36,342 nucleotides of DNA from Candidatus Uhrbacteria bacterium (GTDB taxonomy: Bacteria > Patescibacteriota > Patescibacteriia > UBA9934 > UBA11717): contig DOMJ01000004.1 in NCBI GenBank assembly GCA_003509895.1, forward strand, positions 1-36,342, in the 5' to 3' direction. Below, piece after piece: positions 8,236-17,938 of this stretch. Position 1 is the first letter of the stretch. Each line of letters starts with the position of its first letter. The position numbers and the translations under genes are program-made. The notes under the pieces are model-generated. The model made no database searches, was not told where the DNA came from, and was given only the letters and a program-made list of their open reading frames with translations.

Positions 8236-8648
8236 GGGTCTAATAACGTTTTTATTGCAAATGGCGACAACTGGTTACCCGACAGTTCTGTTACCTCTAT
8301 CCACTTTGCCCCTAATGAATCTTCAAAATCCATTTCGGCCGTCTGATCCGTACCGTCAGTGACGACCTCGTAGATTAAACCTACTTGGTACATCGAGATA
8401 TTCCCGCGTTCGTCCGTAAAGTTAGTTACAACGCTTAGATTCTCTAGAAGCTTTGTGGAAGTTACGACCAGACCTGTTTCCTCCATTACTTCTCGAGATA
8501 CGGCGTCCATTGGGGACTCCCCGTGTTCTAACTTTCCTCCAGGCAGGTCAAGAAGCCCCGTATACGGTCCTCGTGCCTTTTTGATCAATAGCACTTGAGT
8601 ACCATTGCGAATAATGGCATATACGCCAAGGTGAAGTACATTTTGCAT
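8232..8648 (-). CDS. Nudix hydrolase
   Basis: Nudix box GGKLEHGESPMDAVSREVMEETGL (GX5EX7REUXEEXGU). Its stop overlaps the start of the GT4 gene by 4 nt. Confidence 0.85.
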   Translation of the reverse strand: MQNVLHLGVYAIIRNGTQVLLIKKARGPYTGLLDLPGGKLEHGESPMDAVSREVMEETGLVVTSTKLLENLSVVTNFTDERGNISMYQVGLIYEVVTDGTDQTAEMDFEDSLGAKWIEVTELSGNQLSPFAIKTLLDP

Positions 8649-8687
8649 AGTTAAAGAAATGGCTCCGAGACATGCGTCCGGAGCTAA

Positions 8688-9236
8688 TTAACGTAAACAT
8701 TCTAACACGGCTCGCTCGCACTTAACAACAAACTCGTGCTGACAAACGAACTCGTTTTGCAATATGAGATCACACTTACCGCGAAACTCAGAACGCCCGT
8801 AGAACCGGTCGTTGAGTTCACGATTTATCATCTCACGTTTTTCACGGTATTCGGCCGTCTCATTACGTAGTGCCAAGCCGAGATTCGGATCTCCAATCAG
8901 GAGAACCTTAACCGCTCCGGGGAGCAACAGGAACCGATCGAAGACGTACGGCGACCCGAGAAGAATCGGACACACATGCTCAACTTCGGATTCGTTCCGA
9001 TACCCGTAGTAGGCTAAACCGTCAGGACTACGCATATCCACCATGAGACCTTTGGCGGCAATCGCTAAGTACTCCTCAGGGTTCAGGAATTCCATCTCTT
9101 GATCATCGTCACTTGCGCGACGAGGTCGAGTAGTAAGCATCCTTGGTCTGGTGAATAATTTTGGGCTTCTCTGTTGTAGACCTCTTGCGAGCGTGGATTT
9201 TCCAATACCGCTCATTCCAAATAGGACAAGAAACAT
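8688..9236 (-). CDS. Small P-loop kinase-like protein (guanylate/nucleoside kinase-like)
   Basis: N-terminal Walker A GMSGIGKST; 182 aa; AAGGAGG SD. Confidence 0.55.
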   Translation of the reverse strand: MFLVLFGMSGIGKSTLARGLQQRSPKLFTRPRMLTTRPRRASDDDQEMEFLNPEEYLAIAAKGLMVDMRSPDGLAYYGYRNESEVEHVCPILLGSPYVFDRFLLLPGAVKVLLIGDPNLGLALRNETAEYREKREMINRELNDRFYGRSEFRGKCDLILQNEFVCQHEFVVKCERAVLECLR

Positions 9237-9268
9237 TCTTCACCTCCTTCTGGAGTTTCTTATCAGAT

Positions 9269-10171
9269 TTACAACCCAAGGTCAATTGATAAGCTGAATA
9301 ACTTATCCTTAAGACGAGGGTACGTCTGATTATACACGGACTCGGAGATGGCTATTGGATCAACCGCCTTTACAACGTATGTATAGTAATAGGTCTCGAG
9401 AAGCATGTAAATCAGCAGTTGTAGCGTACGCGATAGAACCCTATTAACATCCAGCTGACATGCCGCACACTTGCTGTATGCGGTGGTTAACAATTGACAC
9501 TTTTCCATGTTGAGTTTTCCACCACTGAAGCCGAAGAAGATGAGTGCACGAGATAATTCATCCAAAGGACGGTCGACTCTCAAGTGGTCGAGATCAAGTA
9601 TGTGCACCTCCCCCTCTTCATCAACGATAATGTTTGATTGAGATAGGTCGCCGTGCACTACGGTCATACCAGAATCCTCATCATCTATTTGTCTAAGCGA
9701 CTGCTCGAGTATGCCACGGACAATTCCGATCTCATCCATCTCGCTGCACTTTGCCAATAGATCATTGAAGTTATAGTCTTTTGGACCCTGTAACTTCAAA
9801 TTATCGGTATTGAGTGATTTAATTGCAACCATGACTTGAGCAAGTTTCTCAACCTCGTTTGCTGAATCAAGATCAAGATGTACGCCTTTTACGTACTCAA
9901 AAACGAGACCACATCCATCCAATAAGTCGATTGGCCCACAGCTGACTCTGGGGGTATTTATACCCTTGGCACGGAGACCCTTCGCGTTTGCGATTGCGCG
10001 ATGCATATTATGAATATTGCGTGTGGGGTAGTGTTTAAGTATGTAACCCTCCCCTGTGGAGAGCTCAATCAGGTAAACGGCGTTATCCACTCCGTGAGGA
10101 ATCTTATTGACACAAACTACCTCTCCGGAAAGATTCTGTTCTAACTTACGAAGTTCTGCGCTATGCAACAT
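9269..10171 (-). CDS. Aminoglycoside/choline-kinase-type phosphotransferase (APH family)
   Basis: VHGDLSQSNIIV (HxDxxxxN catalytic loop) followed by ILDLDHL. The track start is 10216; I prefer the internal M at 10171 (MLHSAELRK), which still overlaps the upstream gene. Confidence 0.7.
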   Translation of the reverse strand: MLHSAELRKLEQNLSGEVVCVNKIPHGVDNAVYLIELSTGEGYILKHYPTRNIHNMHRAIANAKGLRAKGINTPRVSCGPIDLLDGCGLVFEYVKGVHLDLDSANEVEKLAQVMVAIKSLNTDNLKLQGPKDYNFNDLLAKCSEMDEIGIVRGILEQSLRQIDDEDSGMTVVHGDLSQSNIIVDEEGEVHILDLDHLRVDRPLDELSRALIFFGFSGGKLNMEKCQLLTTAYSKCAACQLDVNRVLSRTLQLLIYMLLETYYYTYVVKAVDPIAISESVYNQTYPRLKDKLFSLSIDLGL

Positions 10172-10778
10172 ATCCCTTCTTTGCAACAACGGTAATAACA
10201 GAAGGGAAAGTTTCAATGTTTACCGTGTTCCAATACTTTGAGAATACACGCCATAGAGCCGCAACTGGTCGCAGTGTCAGGTTGAGGATAATTCCACGAT
10301 TCTTCAAGAAGTCCTCTGCCATCCATCCAAGGACATGGAATGCCGAGTGCGTATATTCTGAGGAAACTATTTGTAGACCGCTATCCTCTAGAAGGAACTT
10401 GAGGCCATCTTCTGTAAAACGATAGTAGTCGCACGGTACCTTGTGTACCGGTTGAAAAAATGGTACGCAGCATACGAGGGTTCCACCTGGCTTTAGCACT
10501 CGAGCCATCTCTTTCACCGCAACCCATGGGCGCTCTACGTGCTCTAGAACCGCAATATTGAGCACGGAGTCAAATTCCTCGTTGCCGATTGGAATGTTCT
10601 CGATACTTCCTACCAAACCGATATCTTCTCCAGGGAAGATATCGAGATTATGTACTTCAGACGCATTGGGTAGGGTCGGTCGACGTGTCCCACACCCTGC
10701 GTTTAGCACCTTACCGGTAAGCAGACCACGCTTGTCGCCAAGCTCATCATCGAGTGTTGGCCAAATCACCCATTTCAT
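10161..10778 (-). CDS. Class I SAM-dependent methyltransferase
   Basis: Motif I VLNAGCGTRR, then LKPGGTLVCCVPF; 205 aa. Confidence 0.75.
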   Translation of the reverse strand: MKWVIWPTLDDELGDKRGLLTGKVLNAGCGTRRPTLPNASEVHNLDIFPGEDIGLVGSIENIPIGNEEFDSVLNIAVLEHVERPWVAVKEMARVLKPGGTLVCCVPFFQPVHKVPCDYYRFTEDGLKFLLEDSGLQIVSSEYTHSAFHVLGWMAEDFLKNRGIILNLTLRPVAALWRVFSKYWNTVNIETFPSVITVVAKKGYVA

Positions 10779-11620
10779 AGTCCTTGAATGTACTCGTTAA
10801 GCCGGTCGCTAGGCTTCCAACCAAGCCGATCCAAGGCGTCGCTATGCTGCCGTAGGGTAACCGGATATTCGCCTGGACGAGACGGTAGGTTTACTGACTC
10901 CACACCAAAGTGATCTTGAAACATCTTATATACCTCATTTATTGAGTAGTTTTTTCCCGTACCAAGTTCCCAGGCATCTTCGTGTTCCTCGTCCGATACG
11001 GCTATACGATAGAGGCCGTCTATTATATCTTCTACATGGGTGAAGTCGCGTCGCTGTAACCCATCTCCTACAATCGAAATCTTCTCACCATCTCGTACTT
11101 GTCGGCGCCAAATTCCAATAACCGCCGCCCAGTCTCCGTCAAGGATTTCTCCCGGTCCATAAACGTTGTAAAAACGCGTGATCTCGGCCCTTACCTCAAA
11201 GATACTTTTATACATTTTACAAACTTCTTCGCCCAGATACTTGTACATCGCATAGGGTGACTGTGTCGGATCGTGCCAACGAGATGACGATCCGGCGTAT
11301 ATAACCCTCACGTTGTTATTTCTTGCCCATTCGCATACAGCCTCTGTTCCGCCAACATTAACACGAAATGCTTCAGTCGGATTCAGAAATGTTGGCTGGA
11401 TTCGACTGTGAGCTGCTAAATGGAACACGACGTCAAAATCGCCGCCAAGCTCGTGGATATTCTCTATGTCCTTATAGATATAGGAGGCTCCCGACAGCTC
11501 ATTCTCCTTCATGCCTGAAGACAGATCATCGAGCGAAGCAACAAAGTGGCCTTCAACTAAAAGTCGCTTGACTAAATTGTGACCAATAAAGCCGTTTCCA
11601 CCTGTAACCAAAATGTTCAT
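10775..11620 (-). CDS. NAD-dependent sugar epimerase/dehydratase (extended SDR)
   Basis: ILVTGGNGFIGHNLVKRL (Rossmann GxxGxxG) and YAMYK (YxxxK). First gene of the operon. Confidence 0.8.
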   Translation of the reverse strand: MNILVTGGNGFIGHNLVKRLLVEGHFVASLDDLSSGMKENELSGASYIYKDIENIHELGGDFDVVFHLAAHSRIQPTFLNPTEAFRVNVGGTEAVCEWARNNNVRVIYAGSSSRWHDPTQSPYAMYKYLGEEVCKMYKSIFEVRAEITRFYNVYGPGEILDGDWAAVIGIWRRQVRDGEKISIVGDGLQRRDFTHVEDIIDGLYRIAVSDEEHEDAWELGTGKNYSINEVYKMFQDHFGVESVNLPSRPGEYPVTLRQHSDALDRLGWKPSDRLNEYIQGL

Positions 11621-11641
11621 AGTTGTATCGTTTTATGACCA

Positions 11642-11670
11642 CTTATACGAGAAGGAGCTAATCTCGTCAA
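11642..11670 (-). promoter_or_regulatory. Promoter of the epimerase-to-Hsp70-like operon
   Basis: Minus strand TTGACG-N17-TATAAG, about 20 nt upstream of the epimerase ATG. Confidence 0.5.
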
Positions 11671-11847
11671 CTCCAAGAGTACCAATACACACTCTGTACT
11701 CAATGCACCATTCGACCCATAAATCACCAAAACGGATGTATTTAGCAAAACCAGCTTCGTCTCCAAAACCTTTTTTGTCTTCAATGTCGCCCCAGTCAAG
11801 ACTCATCGCTCGAGAACACGAGGCTTATGCCGCGGGGTTATGGCTTT

Positions 11848-11877
11848 GCAAAAAGAACAGGCGTTGGCCTGTTCTTA
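11848..11877 (-). terminator. Intrinsic terminator of the dnaK operon (after dnaJ)
   Basis: Minus strand GAACAGGC-CAAC-GCCTGTTC followed by TTTTTGC. The stem starts at the dnaJ stop codon. Confidence 0.7.
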
Positions 11878-12936
11878 TTCCTCACGCAGATCAAGGTCTT
11901 GCAAGAGTTGTTTTTGTTTCTTGTTCAATTTTGTTGGAGTGACTACAAAGATGGTCACAAGTTGGTTTCCTCGTCCACGACCCGTCTCAATGCCTTTACC
12001 CTTAATACTCAAAACGGCTCCCGACTGCGTACCAGCGGGGATCTTCATCTTGACTCTGCCATCAATCGTCTCTACCTCTACAGAATCACCGAGGGCCGCC
12101 TGCGTAAACCCAACGGATACCGTGGATCGTAAATCAAACTCATCTCGTTCAAAACGGTGATCTTCCCTTACAAAAACACGAATAAACAAATCTCCCGGCT
12201 CCCCTCCAAATGGTGCCGCCTCTCCCTTTCCACGTACGCGCACAGACTCTCCATCGCTCATACCCGGTGGAAGGGTTATTTTTATGGTGGATTGTTTTTT
12301 TACGGTTCCCTCCCCGCCACAGGTAGCACAGGCATGTTCCGCCTCTTCGCCTCTCCCCTGACACGTGTCACAGGCAACGGTTTGTGCGATTTGCCCAAAT
12401 GGTGTGTTGCGCGCAACACGTCTGACTCCTTGCCCGGCACAGCCTGTGCACTTTCTGGTCTTTCCATCCTTGGCACCTGTTCCACCGCATGTATCGCACG
12501 CATCCATTTTACGCAGTGTAACCTCCTTCTCTGCGCCTCTTACAACTTCCTCAAGTGTGAGTTGCATATCTACCTGAATGTCCTGCCCGTGTGTTTTACG
12601 TCTCCCTCTTCCACTTCCTCCAAACATCCCACCAAAAATATCTCCCAGATCTCCCAAATCGCCAAAGTCAAAATTGACGCCCTGTGCGCCAAATCCACCA
12701 AAGCCGGTGCCTCCTCCCCCACCACCTCCAAACGCCGCCTCACCAAATTGGTCGTATTGCTGCCGCTTGGTTTGATCTCCCAACACTTGGTACGCCGAGT
12801 TAATTTCTTTAAACTTCGCTTCATCACCACCTTCTTTGTCCGGATGGTACTTGTGCGCCAATTTGCGAAACGCCTTCTTTATTTCCTCCTGCGTTGCGCC
12901 CCTCCCAACACCTAAAATTTTGTATGGATCCGGCAT
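11875..12936 (-). CDS. dnaJ: Chaperone DnaJ (type I: J domain, G/F region, four CxxCxGxG zinc-finger repeats)
   Basis: DPYKILGV...HPDK J domain, then a [13 protein letters not shown] linker, then [24 protein letters not shown] and CATCGGEG. The track start is TTG 12957; I prefer ATG 12936. Confidence 0.9.
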   Translation of the reverse strand: MPDPYKILGVGRGATQEEIKKAFRKLAHKYHPDKEGGDEAKFKEINSAYQVLGDQTKRQQYDQFGEAAFGGGGGGGTGFGGFGAQGVNFDFGDLGDLGDIFGGMFGGSGRGRRKTHGQDIQVDMQLTLEEVVRGAEKEVTLRKMDACDTCGGTGAKDGKTRKCTGCAGQGVRRVARNTPFGQIAQTVACDTCQGRGEEAEHACATCGGEGTVKKQSTIKITLPPGMSDGESVRVRGKGEAAPFGGEPGDLFIRVFVREDHRFERDEFDLRSTVSVGFTQAALGDSVEVETIDGRVKMKIPAGTQSGAVLSIKGKGIETGRGRGNQLVTIFVVTPTKLNKKQKQLLQDLDLREE

Positions 12937-13078
12937 GTAAACGGGAATTAGTATCAATGTTTTGTATTCTAGAGCCTGCCTGTCGTGTTCTTGCCACGTC
13001 TATCTACCAGCACAAGCATACCCTATAACGTAGAACTTCTTTCTATCGGGGCGCGTGGAATACAGTCCCGAGCGACCC

Positions 13079-14044
13079 TTACTCAATCTGAAACGTACCC
13101 GCACCGGAACGATTATACACATACGCCTGATCCCCAAGACCAAAGCGAATCTCATTCGGATGATCCAACAGAACGTCCCAAGGAATCCTCAACTCATCAA
13201 TCTGCCCCTTGGCAACCGTCGTTGAATCCGTAGCAGAAGACAATAGATAGTTTGGATCCTCTCCGTTTGTATCAATGGTTACCTCCAAATCCCCGCGTGT
13301 GATGGCGGTTGACCATCCGCTATCGTCGCTCGTGGATGTTGCGGATCCAATCAACACACGCTCCTTGGTTGTAAGGTCGATCGTGTATACACGCTCTGTT
13401 GCTTCACCCGCATCACCCATCACCATTGTTATAAGGAGCTTATCTCCCACCATCTGTGCATCACCAAAGGTCCCCATTTCATGACCGGGAATCACATTCT
13501 CCCCACGGATGGAAGAGAAAAATCCGAGCACGTCTACCTCATGAACGTTTTTTTGACGCATCACAACACACAGGCTCTGACCAAAGGCACCACAATAGTC
13601 TTGGTTTATGTCCGTATCTGGAACGGTCATAATCCGTATGGTGTCCAAAGCACCTAATCGGAGTCGTCCCGCCTCTACAAGCAGACCCGTCCTAAGTGCC
13701 TCGGAAAGCATGGACTGAATCTCTGCGGACGCATCTGCGGCGGATGGGTATCCCTCAAGCGCATATTGATCGTAGATGGATTTGATGGTTACGGCGTCCA
13801 CTTCATTGGAAATCGACTCCTCCAGAGACTCCACCTCTTCTGCGTCTACGTCGATCGCTTCATCTACGTCTTCTGCACGAGGCAACGTTGTGAGCACTCC
13901 TCCACCCACAATGGCGATCGACACAATGAAGAGTGCCATCCAAAACGCAAAAGAACTTTCTCGAGCATGAGCAGCCGGCACAGAGGAATCCGTGTAAGCT
14001 GCTTTTTTTGATGATCGTTTTGTGGTGCTCTTTTTTGCAGGCAT
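13079..14044 (-). CDS. Membrane-anchored hypothetical protein (321 aa) sitting between dnaK and dnaJ
   Basis: ORF track. Lys-rich N-terminus, one TM helix (FAFWMALFIVSIAIVGGGVLTTL), an acidic linker, then an extracytoplasmic domain with no motif I recognise. Confidence 0.6.
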   Translation of the reverse strand: MPAKKSTTKRSSKKAAYTDSSVPAAHARESSFAFWMALFIVSIAIVGGGVLTTLPRAEDVDEAIDVDAEEVESLEESISNEVDAVTIKSIYDQYALEGYPSAADASAEIQSMLSEALRTGLLVEAGRLRLGALDTIRIMTVPDTDINQDYCGAFGQSLCVVMRQKNVHEVDVLGFFSSIRGENVIPGHEMGTFGDAQMVGDKLLITMVMGDAGEATERVYTIDLTTKERVLIGSATSTSDDSGWSTAITRGDLEVTIDTNGEDPNYLLSSATDSTTVAKGQIDELRIPWDVLLDHPNEIRFGLGDQAYVYNRSGAGTFQIE

Positions 14045-14045
14045 A

Positions 14046-15947
14046 TTACTCCGCCGTTTTGTTATCCTTTACATCAACGTCTTCCACCTCCGCTTCTTTT
14101 ACGTCTTCCTTTGGTGCCTCTTTTGACTCATCTGCCTTTACCGTCTGTTCTGCCTGATACATCGCGGCTCCTACCTTTTGCGCGGCGTTTGTAAGCACAT
14201 CGGCCGCTTTTTTGATCGCTTCCATATCTTCTCCATCCTTTACCCCCTTGAGCACCTCCAATTTCTCCTCTACATCCTTTTTATCGGCCTCGTTTACCTT
14301 GTCTCCACCCTCCTTGAGCATCTTCTCTGTGGTGTAGATAAGCGTTTCTGCGAGGTTTTTGGTTTCTATCTCCTCACGCTTCTTTTTGTCTGACTCCGCG
14401 TTTGCTTCTGCGTCCTTCTTCATCTTCTCAATCCCTTCTGTACTCAAACCCGTTGAGGAGGTGATGGTGATTTTTTGCTCTGTGCCGGTTCCCTTATCTA
14501 CGGCTTTTACGTTGAGGATACCGTTTGCATCAATATCAAAGCTGACTTCTACTTGTGGAACGCCACGTGGGGCCGGTGGAATACCGGAGAGAATAAAGCG
14601 TCCAAGCGTTTTATTGTCTTGCGCCATCTCTCGCTCTCCCTGCAGCACGTGAATCTCTACGGAGTTTTGATTATCCGCCGCAGTAGAAAAGATTTGTGAC
14701 TTTGAGGCGGGGATCGTGGTGTTACGTTCAATCAATTTGGTAGACACACCTCCCAACGTTTCCAATCCAAGAGACAACGGCGTAACGTCCAGCAAAAGAA
14801 CATCCTTTACGTCTCCCTGCAACACACCGGCCTGTACGGCAGCACCCAAGGCGACCACCTCGTCCGGATTCACGCTCACGTTTGGCTTCTTGCCAAAAAA
14901 TTCTTCCACCGTTTTGAGAACGAGTGGCATACGCGTCATTCCGCCAACCATAATCACCTCATCTATGTCTGACGCCTTCATCCCGGCATCCTCCAAGGCT
15001 TTTTTGCAAGGCTCAAGTGTTTTGATTGTAAGGTCGTGCACCAACTCTTCCAATTTTGCGCGCGTCATGGTCATAACCAAGTGCTTTGGACCATCTACGC
15101 CCTGCGTAATAAACGGTTGATTGATCTCTGACTGTTGCGACGTGGACAATTCAATCTTCGCTTTTTCCGCCGCCTCCTTAATACGTTGTAGAGCAAGTGG
15201 ATCCGCACCAAGATCGATGCCTTCCGCGTTCTTAAACTCGGCAATAATCCACTTAATGATTACCTGATCAAAATCATCTCCACCAAGGTGTGTATCTCCG
15301 TTTGTTGACTTTACCTCCACGGTGTCGTCCGAAATGTCCAAAATAGACACGTCAAAGGTTCCACCACCCAAGTCATAGACCGCAATTTGCTGACCGACTT
15401 TTTTATCAAATCCATAAGCCAAAGCCGCCGCCGTAGGCTCGTTTATAATACGTCGAACCTTGAGTCCTGCAATCTCTCCGGCATCTTTTGTTGCCTGTCG
15501 TTGCGCATCGTCAAAATAGGCCGGCACGGTAATCACCGCCTCCTCAATCTTCTCACCAATCTTTGCCTCCGCATCCGCCTTCAGCTTACCCAAAATCATT
15601 GCAGAGATTTCCTGCGGCGTGTATTCCTTGTCACCCAATGCAACCTTGACTCCCTCGCCCGACTGCACCAACTTAAATGGAAACAGTGCCGCATCTCGCT
15701 TGACCTCCGGATCATCCCATCGGCGACCAATAAGACGTTTGAGAGAAAACAGTGTGTTGCCGGGGTTTGTAACCGCCTGTCGTTTTGCGGCCACTCCCAC
15801 CAGTCGCTCACCTGTTTTGGATTGTGCCACAATAGAGGGTGTTGTTCTGTGCCCTTCTGCGTTTTCTAAAATGAGCGGTTTCCCTCCTTCAATCACCGCG
15901 ATAGCAGAGTTTGTTGTTCCGAGGTCAATGCCGAGTATTTTTGCCAT
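14046..15947 (-). CDS. dnaK: Chaperone DnaK (Hsp70)
   Basis: 633 aa. [17 protein letters not shown] and VGGMTRMP signatures, a full substrate-binding domain and an acidic tail. Confidence 0.95.
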   Translation of the reverse strand: MAKILGIDLGTTNSAIAVIEGGKPLILENAEGHRTTPSIVAQSKTGERLVGVAAKRQAVTNPGNTLFSLKRLIGRRWDDPEVKRDAALFPFKLVQSGEGVKVALGDKEYTPQEISAMILGKLKADAEAKIGEKIEEAVITVPAYFDDAQRQATKDAGEIAGLKVRRIINEPTAAALAYGFDKKVGQQIAVYDLGGGTFDVSILDISDDTVEVKSTNGDTHLGGDDFDQVIIKWIIAEFKNAEGIDLGADPLALQRIKEAAEKAKIELSTSQQSEINQPFITQGVDGPKHLVMTMTRAKLEELVHDLTIKTLEPCKKALEDAGMKASDIDEVIMVGGMTRMPLVLKTVEEFFGKKPNVSVNPDEVVALGAAVQAGVLQGDVKDVLLLDVTPLSLGLETLGGVSTKLIERNTTIPASKSQIFSTAADNQNSVEIHVLQGEREMAQDNKTLGRFILSGIPPAPRGVPQVEVSFDIDANGILNVKAVDKGTGTEQKITITSSTGLSTEGIEKMKKDAEANAESDKKKREEIETKNLAETLIYTTEKMLKEGGDKVNEADKKDVEEKLEVLKGVKDGEDMEAIKKAADVLTNAAQKVGAAMYQAEQTVKADESKEAPKEDVKEAEVEDVDVKDNKTAE

Positions 15948-15970
15948 ATGATTTGATTTATTATTGTGAT

Positions 15971-16549
15971 CTATTGTGCATTCTTAACGGGAGCTTTTGC
16001 TACAACTACGCGAGCAGGGCGAATCAGCTTATCAAAGAGTTTAAAACCGCGCTGGAGCACCTGTAAAATCGTCCCTTCCGGTTGATCGCTTTCTCGTTCC
16101 TCCGCCGACTCTTGCTCATTTGGGTTGTAGATGCCCGTTGGCTCCAGTACGATGAGTCCCTGCTCGGTCAGCTTATCCAACAAGAGTTTTTGCACATGTT
16201 GCATGCCCAGAAGCCAGTTTTGCATCTCCTTTTGTGTTGCCTCGTCGCAGCGCTCCGTGTTTGGCGTCTGCCGCATGGCCGCATCAAAGTAATCAATGGT
16301 TGGAATCAGGTCCTGAATCAGTGCCGTATTGGCGTACCTGGCAAACTCCATTCGCTCCTGGGAAGAAGATCGTTTAAGGTTCTCATAATCCGCAAGCGCG
16401 CGTTGCCAGCCGGCTAAATACTCTGCGGCAAGCTGATCTGAGGTTTTTTGCACCGGCTCCGGTGTTCCCTCCTCTGCAATAGGTTCTGATCCGATTGTTG
16501 TCGGCTCATCTTGCTTGGTTGGTACCTGTTTTGCTGTGTTCTTCTTCAT
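15971..16549 (-). CDS. grpE: Nucleotide exchange factor GrpE
   Basis: 192 aa. [13 protein letters not shown]-type coiled-coil motif ([13 protein letters not shown]), and its position between hrcA and dnaK. Confidence 0.85.
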   Translation of the reverse strand: MKKNTAKQVPTKQDEPTTIGSEPIAEEGTPEPVQKTSDQLAAEYLAGWQRALADYENLKRSSSQERMEFARYANTALIQDLIPTIDYFDAAMRQTPNTERCDEATQKEMQNWLLGMQHVQKLLLDKLTEQGLIVLEPTGIYNPNEQESAEERESDQPEGTILQVLQRGFKLFDKLIRPARVVVAKAPVKNAQ

Positions 16550-16552
16550 ACG

Positions 16553-17245
16553 TTAATGGGTAAGGAGTCTTCTTACTTCCCGCAATAAGGCGCGGTTATA
16601 ACCGTAGTTCATCCGTGTGGGGCCGATGATGCTCACCACTCCGTGCACGCCGGACGGATCATCAAAGGAAATAAACAAGGAGGACAGTTGCTCACCAAAC
16701 GGATTCTCATTTCCAATAAGGATGCAAACATCGTTAAATCGTTTGCGCATTAACTGAGCCATGGTTGCGTCCATTACATCCATTAGCTGACTAAATCGGC
16801 GCATCTGATCCGCACTTGCAAACTCGGGAAGTTCAAACAGTTTAGAAATACCTGTTGTATACGCATGCCGTGGACCGAGGGTAAAGACAACCGCGTTACC
16901 CGTGAGTGCCGCCAGTTGGACGCAGAGCTGCCGTAACCGCACCTCCATATTACGTACGCGCGACTGTTCTACAAGCTGCTTATACTCGCGCTCAAGCTGA
17001 CGTTTTTGCTCCAGGAACGTCTCTATGTAATAGCGATATCCTTTGTCTGTGGGAACACGTCCGGCCGACGTGTGGGGAGAGACCAGGTAGCCTTCTTCCT
17101 CCAGTTCAGCAAGATCATGACGAATCGTGGCACTGGACACACCAACGTCCGACCGCATCGCCAGTGAAGATGAACTTACCGGGTCTGCGGTTTGGATGTA
17201 GCTTTCTACAAGGAGTTTGAGTAGTTGTTCTTGTCGCTCGGTCAT
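16553..17245 (-). CDS. hrcA: Heat-inducible transcription repressor HrcA (short form)
   Basis: MTERQEQLLKLLVESYIQTADPVSSSSL...IRHDLAELEEEGYL winged-helix N-terminus. The track start is GTG 17260; I prefer ATG 17245. Confidence 0.8.
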   Translation of the reverse strand: MTERQEQLLKLLVESYIQTADPVSSSSLAMRSDVGVSSATIRHDLAELEEEGYLVSPHTSAGRVPTDKGYRYYIETFLEQKRQLEREYKQLVEQSRVRNMEVRLRQLCVQLAALTGNAVVFTLGPRHAYTTGISKLFELPEFASADQMRRFSQLMDVMDATMAQLMRKRFNDVCILIGNENPFGEQLSSLFISFDDPSGVHGVVSIIGPTRMNYGYNRALLREVRRLLTH

Positions 17246-17253
17246 GGTCTGTA

Positions 17254-17280
17254 TTAGCACTCACCATTCTACTCTGCTAG
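17254..17280 (-). promoter_or_regulatory. CIRCE-like HrcA operator (one perfect half, one degenerate half)
   Basis: Minus strand CTAGCAGAG-N9-GAGTGCTAA against the consensus TTAGCACTC-N9-GAGTGCTAA. It overlaps the -10 box and the transcription start of the hrcA promoter. Confidence 0.6.
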
Positions 17281-17294
17281 TTATTGTGTGTCAA
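17266..17294 (-). promoter_or_regulatory. Promoter of the hrcA-grpE-dnaK operon
   Basis: Minus strand TTGACA-N17-TAGAAT. Confidence 0.6.
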
Positions 17295-17362
17295 GAATCG
17301 TCTCCTTTTCTCTCAGCCGGAATACACAAATAAAAAAACCCTGTGCTGCAAGGGTCCTTCTC

Positions 17363-17698
17363 TTATCTGTGACGTTTGCGTATGGAGTGCCCTTTGCGTT
17401 TTGCTACTCGGTCATGATACCGAGCAAAGACAACCTCTCCCACAATACCAATACTTAAAAACATCAACGGGATGCTCAACAAGGCATAGATACTTGTTAT
17501 CAGCCGAGAAGGGTCTGAGGAAGGTGTCAGATCTCCGTAACCCACCGTCGTCACCGTAGAAACAGAAAAATAAAACGCTTGGATCCATGTCCAATCCTCC
17601 AGCCGATGAAAGATGATTGTTCCTCCTATCAACAATGACGCCAAGAGAACAAAAATCAGGCTGATGCGCTTAATAAGCTGATGCGTTATCGCATTCAT
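17363..17698 (-). CDS. Two-TM potassium channel (KcsA-like pore domain only)
   Basis: Selectivity filter TVTTVGYGD between two hydrophobic helices; 111 aa. Confidence 0.85.
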   Translation of the reverse strand: MNAITHQLIKRISLIFVLLASLLIGGTIIFHRLEDWTWIQAFYFSVSTVTTVGYGDLTPSSDPSRLITSIYALLSIPLMFLSIGIVGEVVFARYHDRVAKRKGHSIRKRHR

Positions 17699-17776
17699 AA
17701 AGCTATTGTATCAATAACGAGTTCTTTTCTCTCATTTTTGTGTGGATAACAACTATGATCAAACAGAGGTTTCCCC

Positions 17777-17805
17777 TTGACAAAACAGGTCTTTTGAGAT
17801 ATGTT
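17777..17805 (+). promoter_or_regulatory. Promoter of GC-rich cassette A
   Basis: TTGACA-N17-TATGTT. The context CTTGACAAAA also appears in the cassette B promoter. Confidence 0.55.
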
Positions 17806-17835
17806 CATTTTGTTGGAAAGGTTTATTGAGTCTGT

Positions 17836-17884
17836 GAGATAAGCGCTGTGTTTATCGATCATTGGTAAACAAGGCGCTTGTCTC
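17836..17884 (+). promoter_or_regulatory. Long leader hairpin ending exactly where the GC-rich block begins
   Basis: GAGATAAGCGC (17836-17846) pairs with GCGCTTGTCTC (17874-17884), including one G-U pair. An inner TTTATC/GGTAAA stem is also present. Confidence 0.4.
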
Positions 17885-17938
17885 ATGCACGAGATGGCCG
17901 TGACCGTCCGAAGACGGATCGATTCTAGGGAGACGGTG

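Noticed and set aside
12157-12915. 252-aa plus-strand ORF opposite dnaJ, with similar antisense ORFs opposite dnaK, nrdJ, ftsI and others.
   Set aside because: They are antisense to genes with unambiguous conserved motifs. They have no SD and low-complexity translations.
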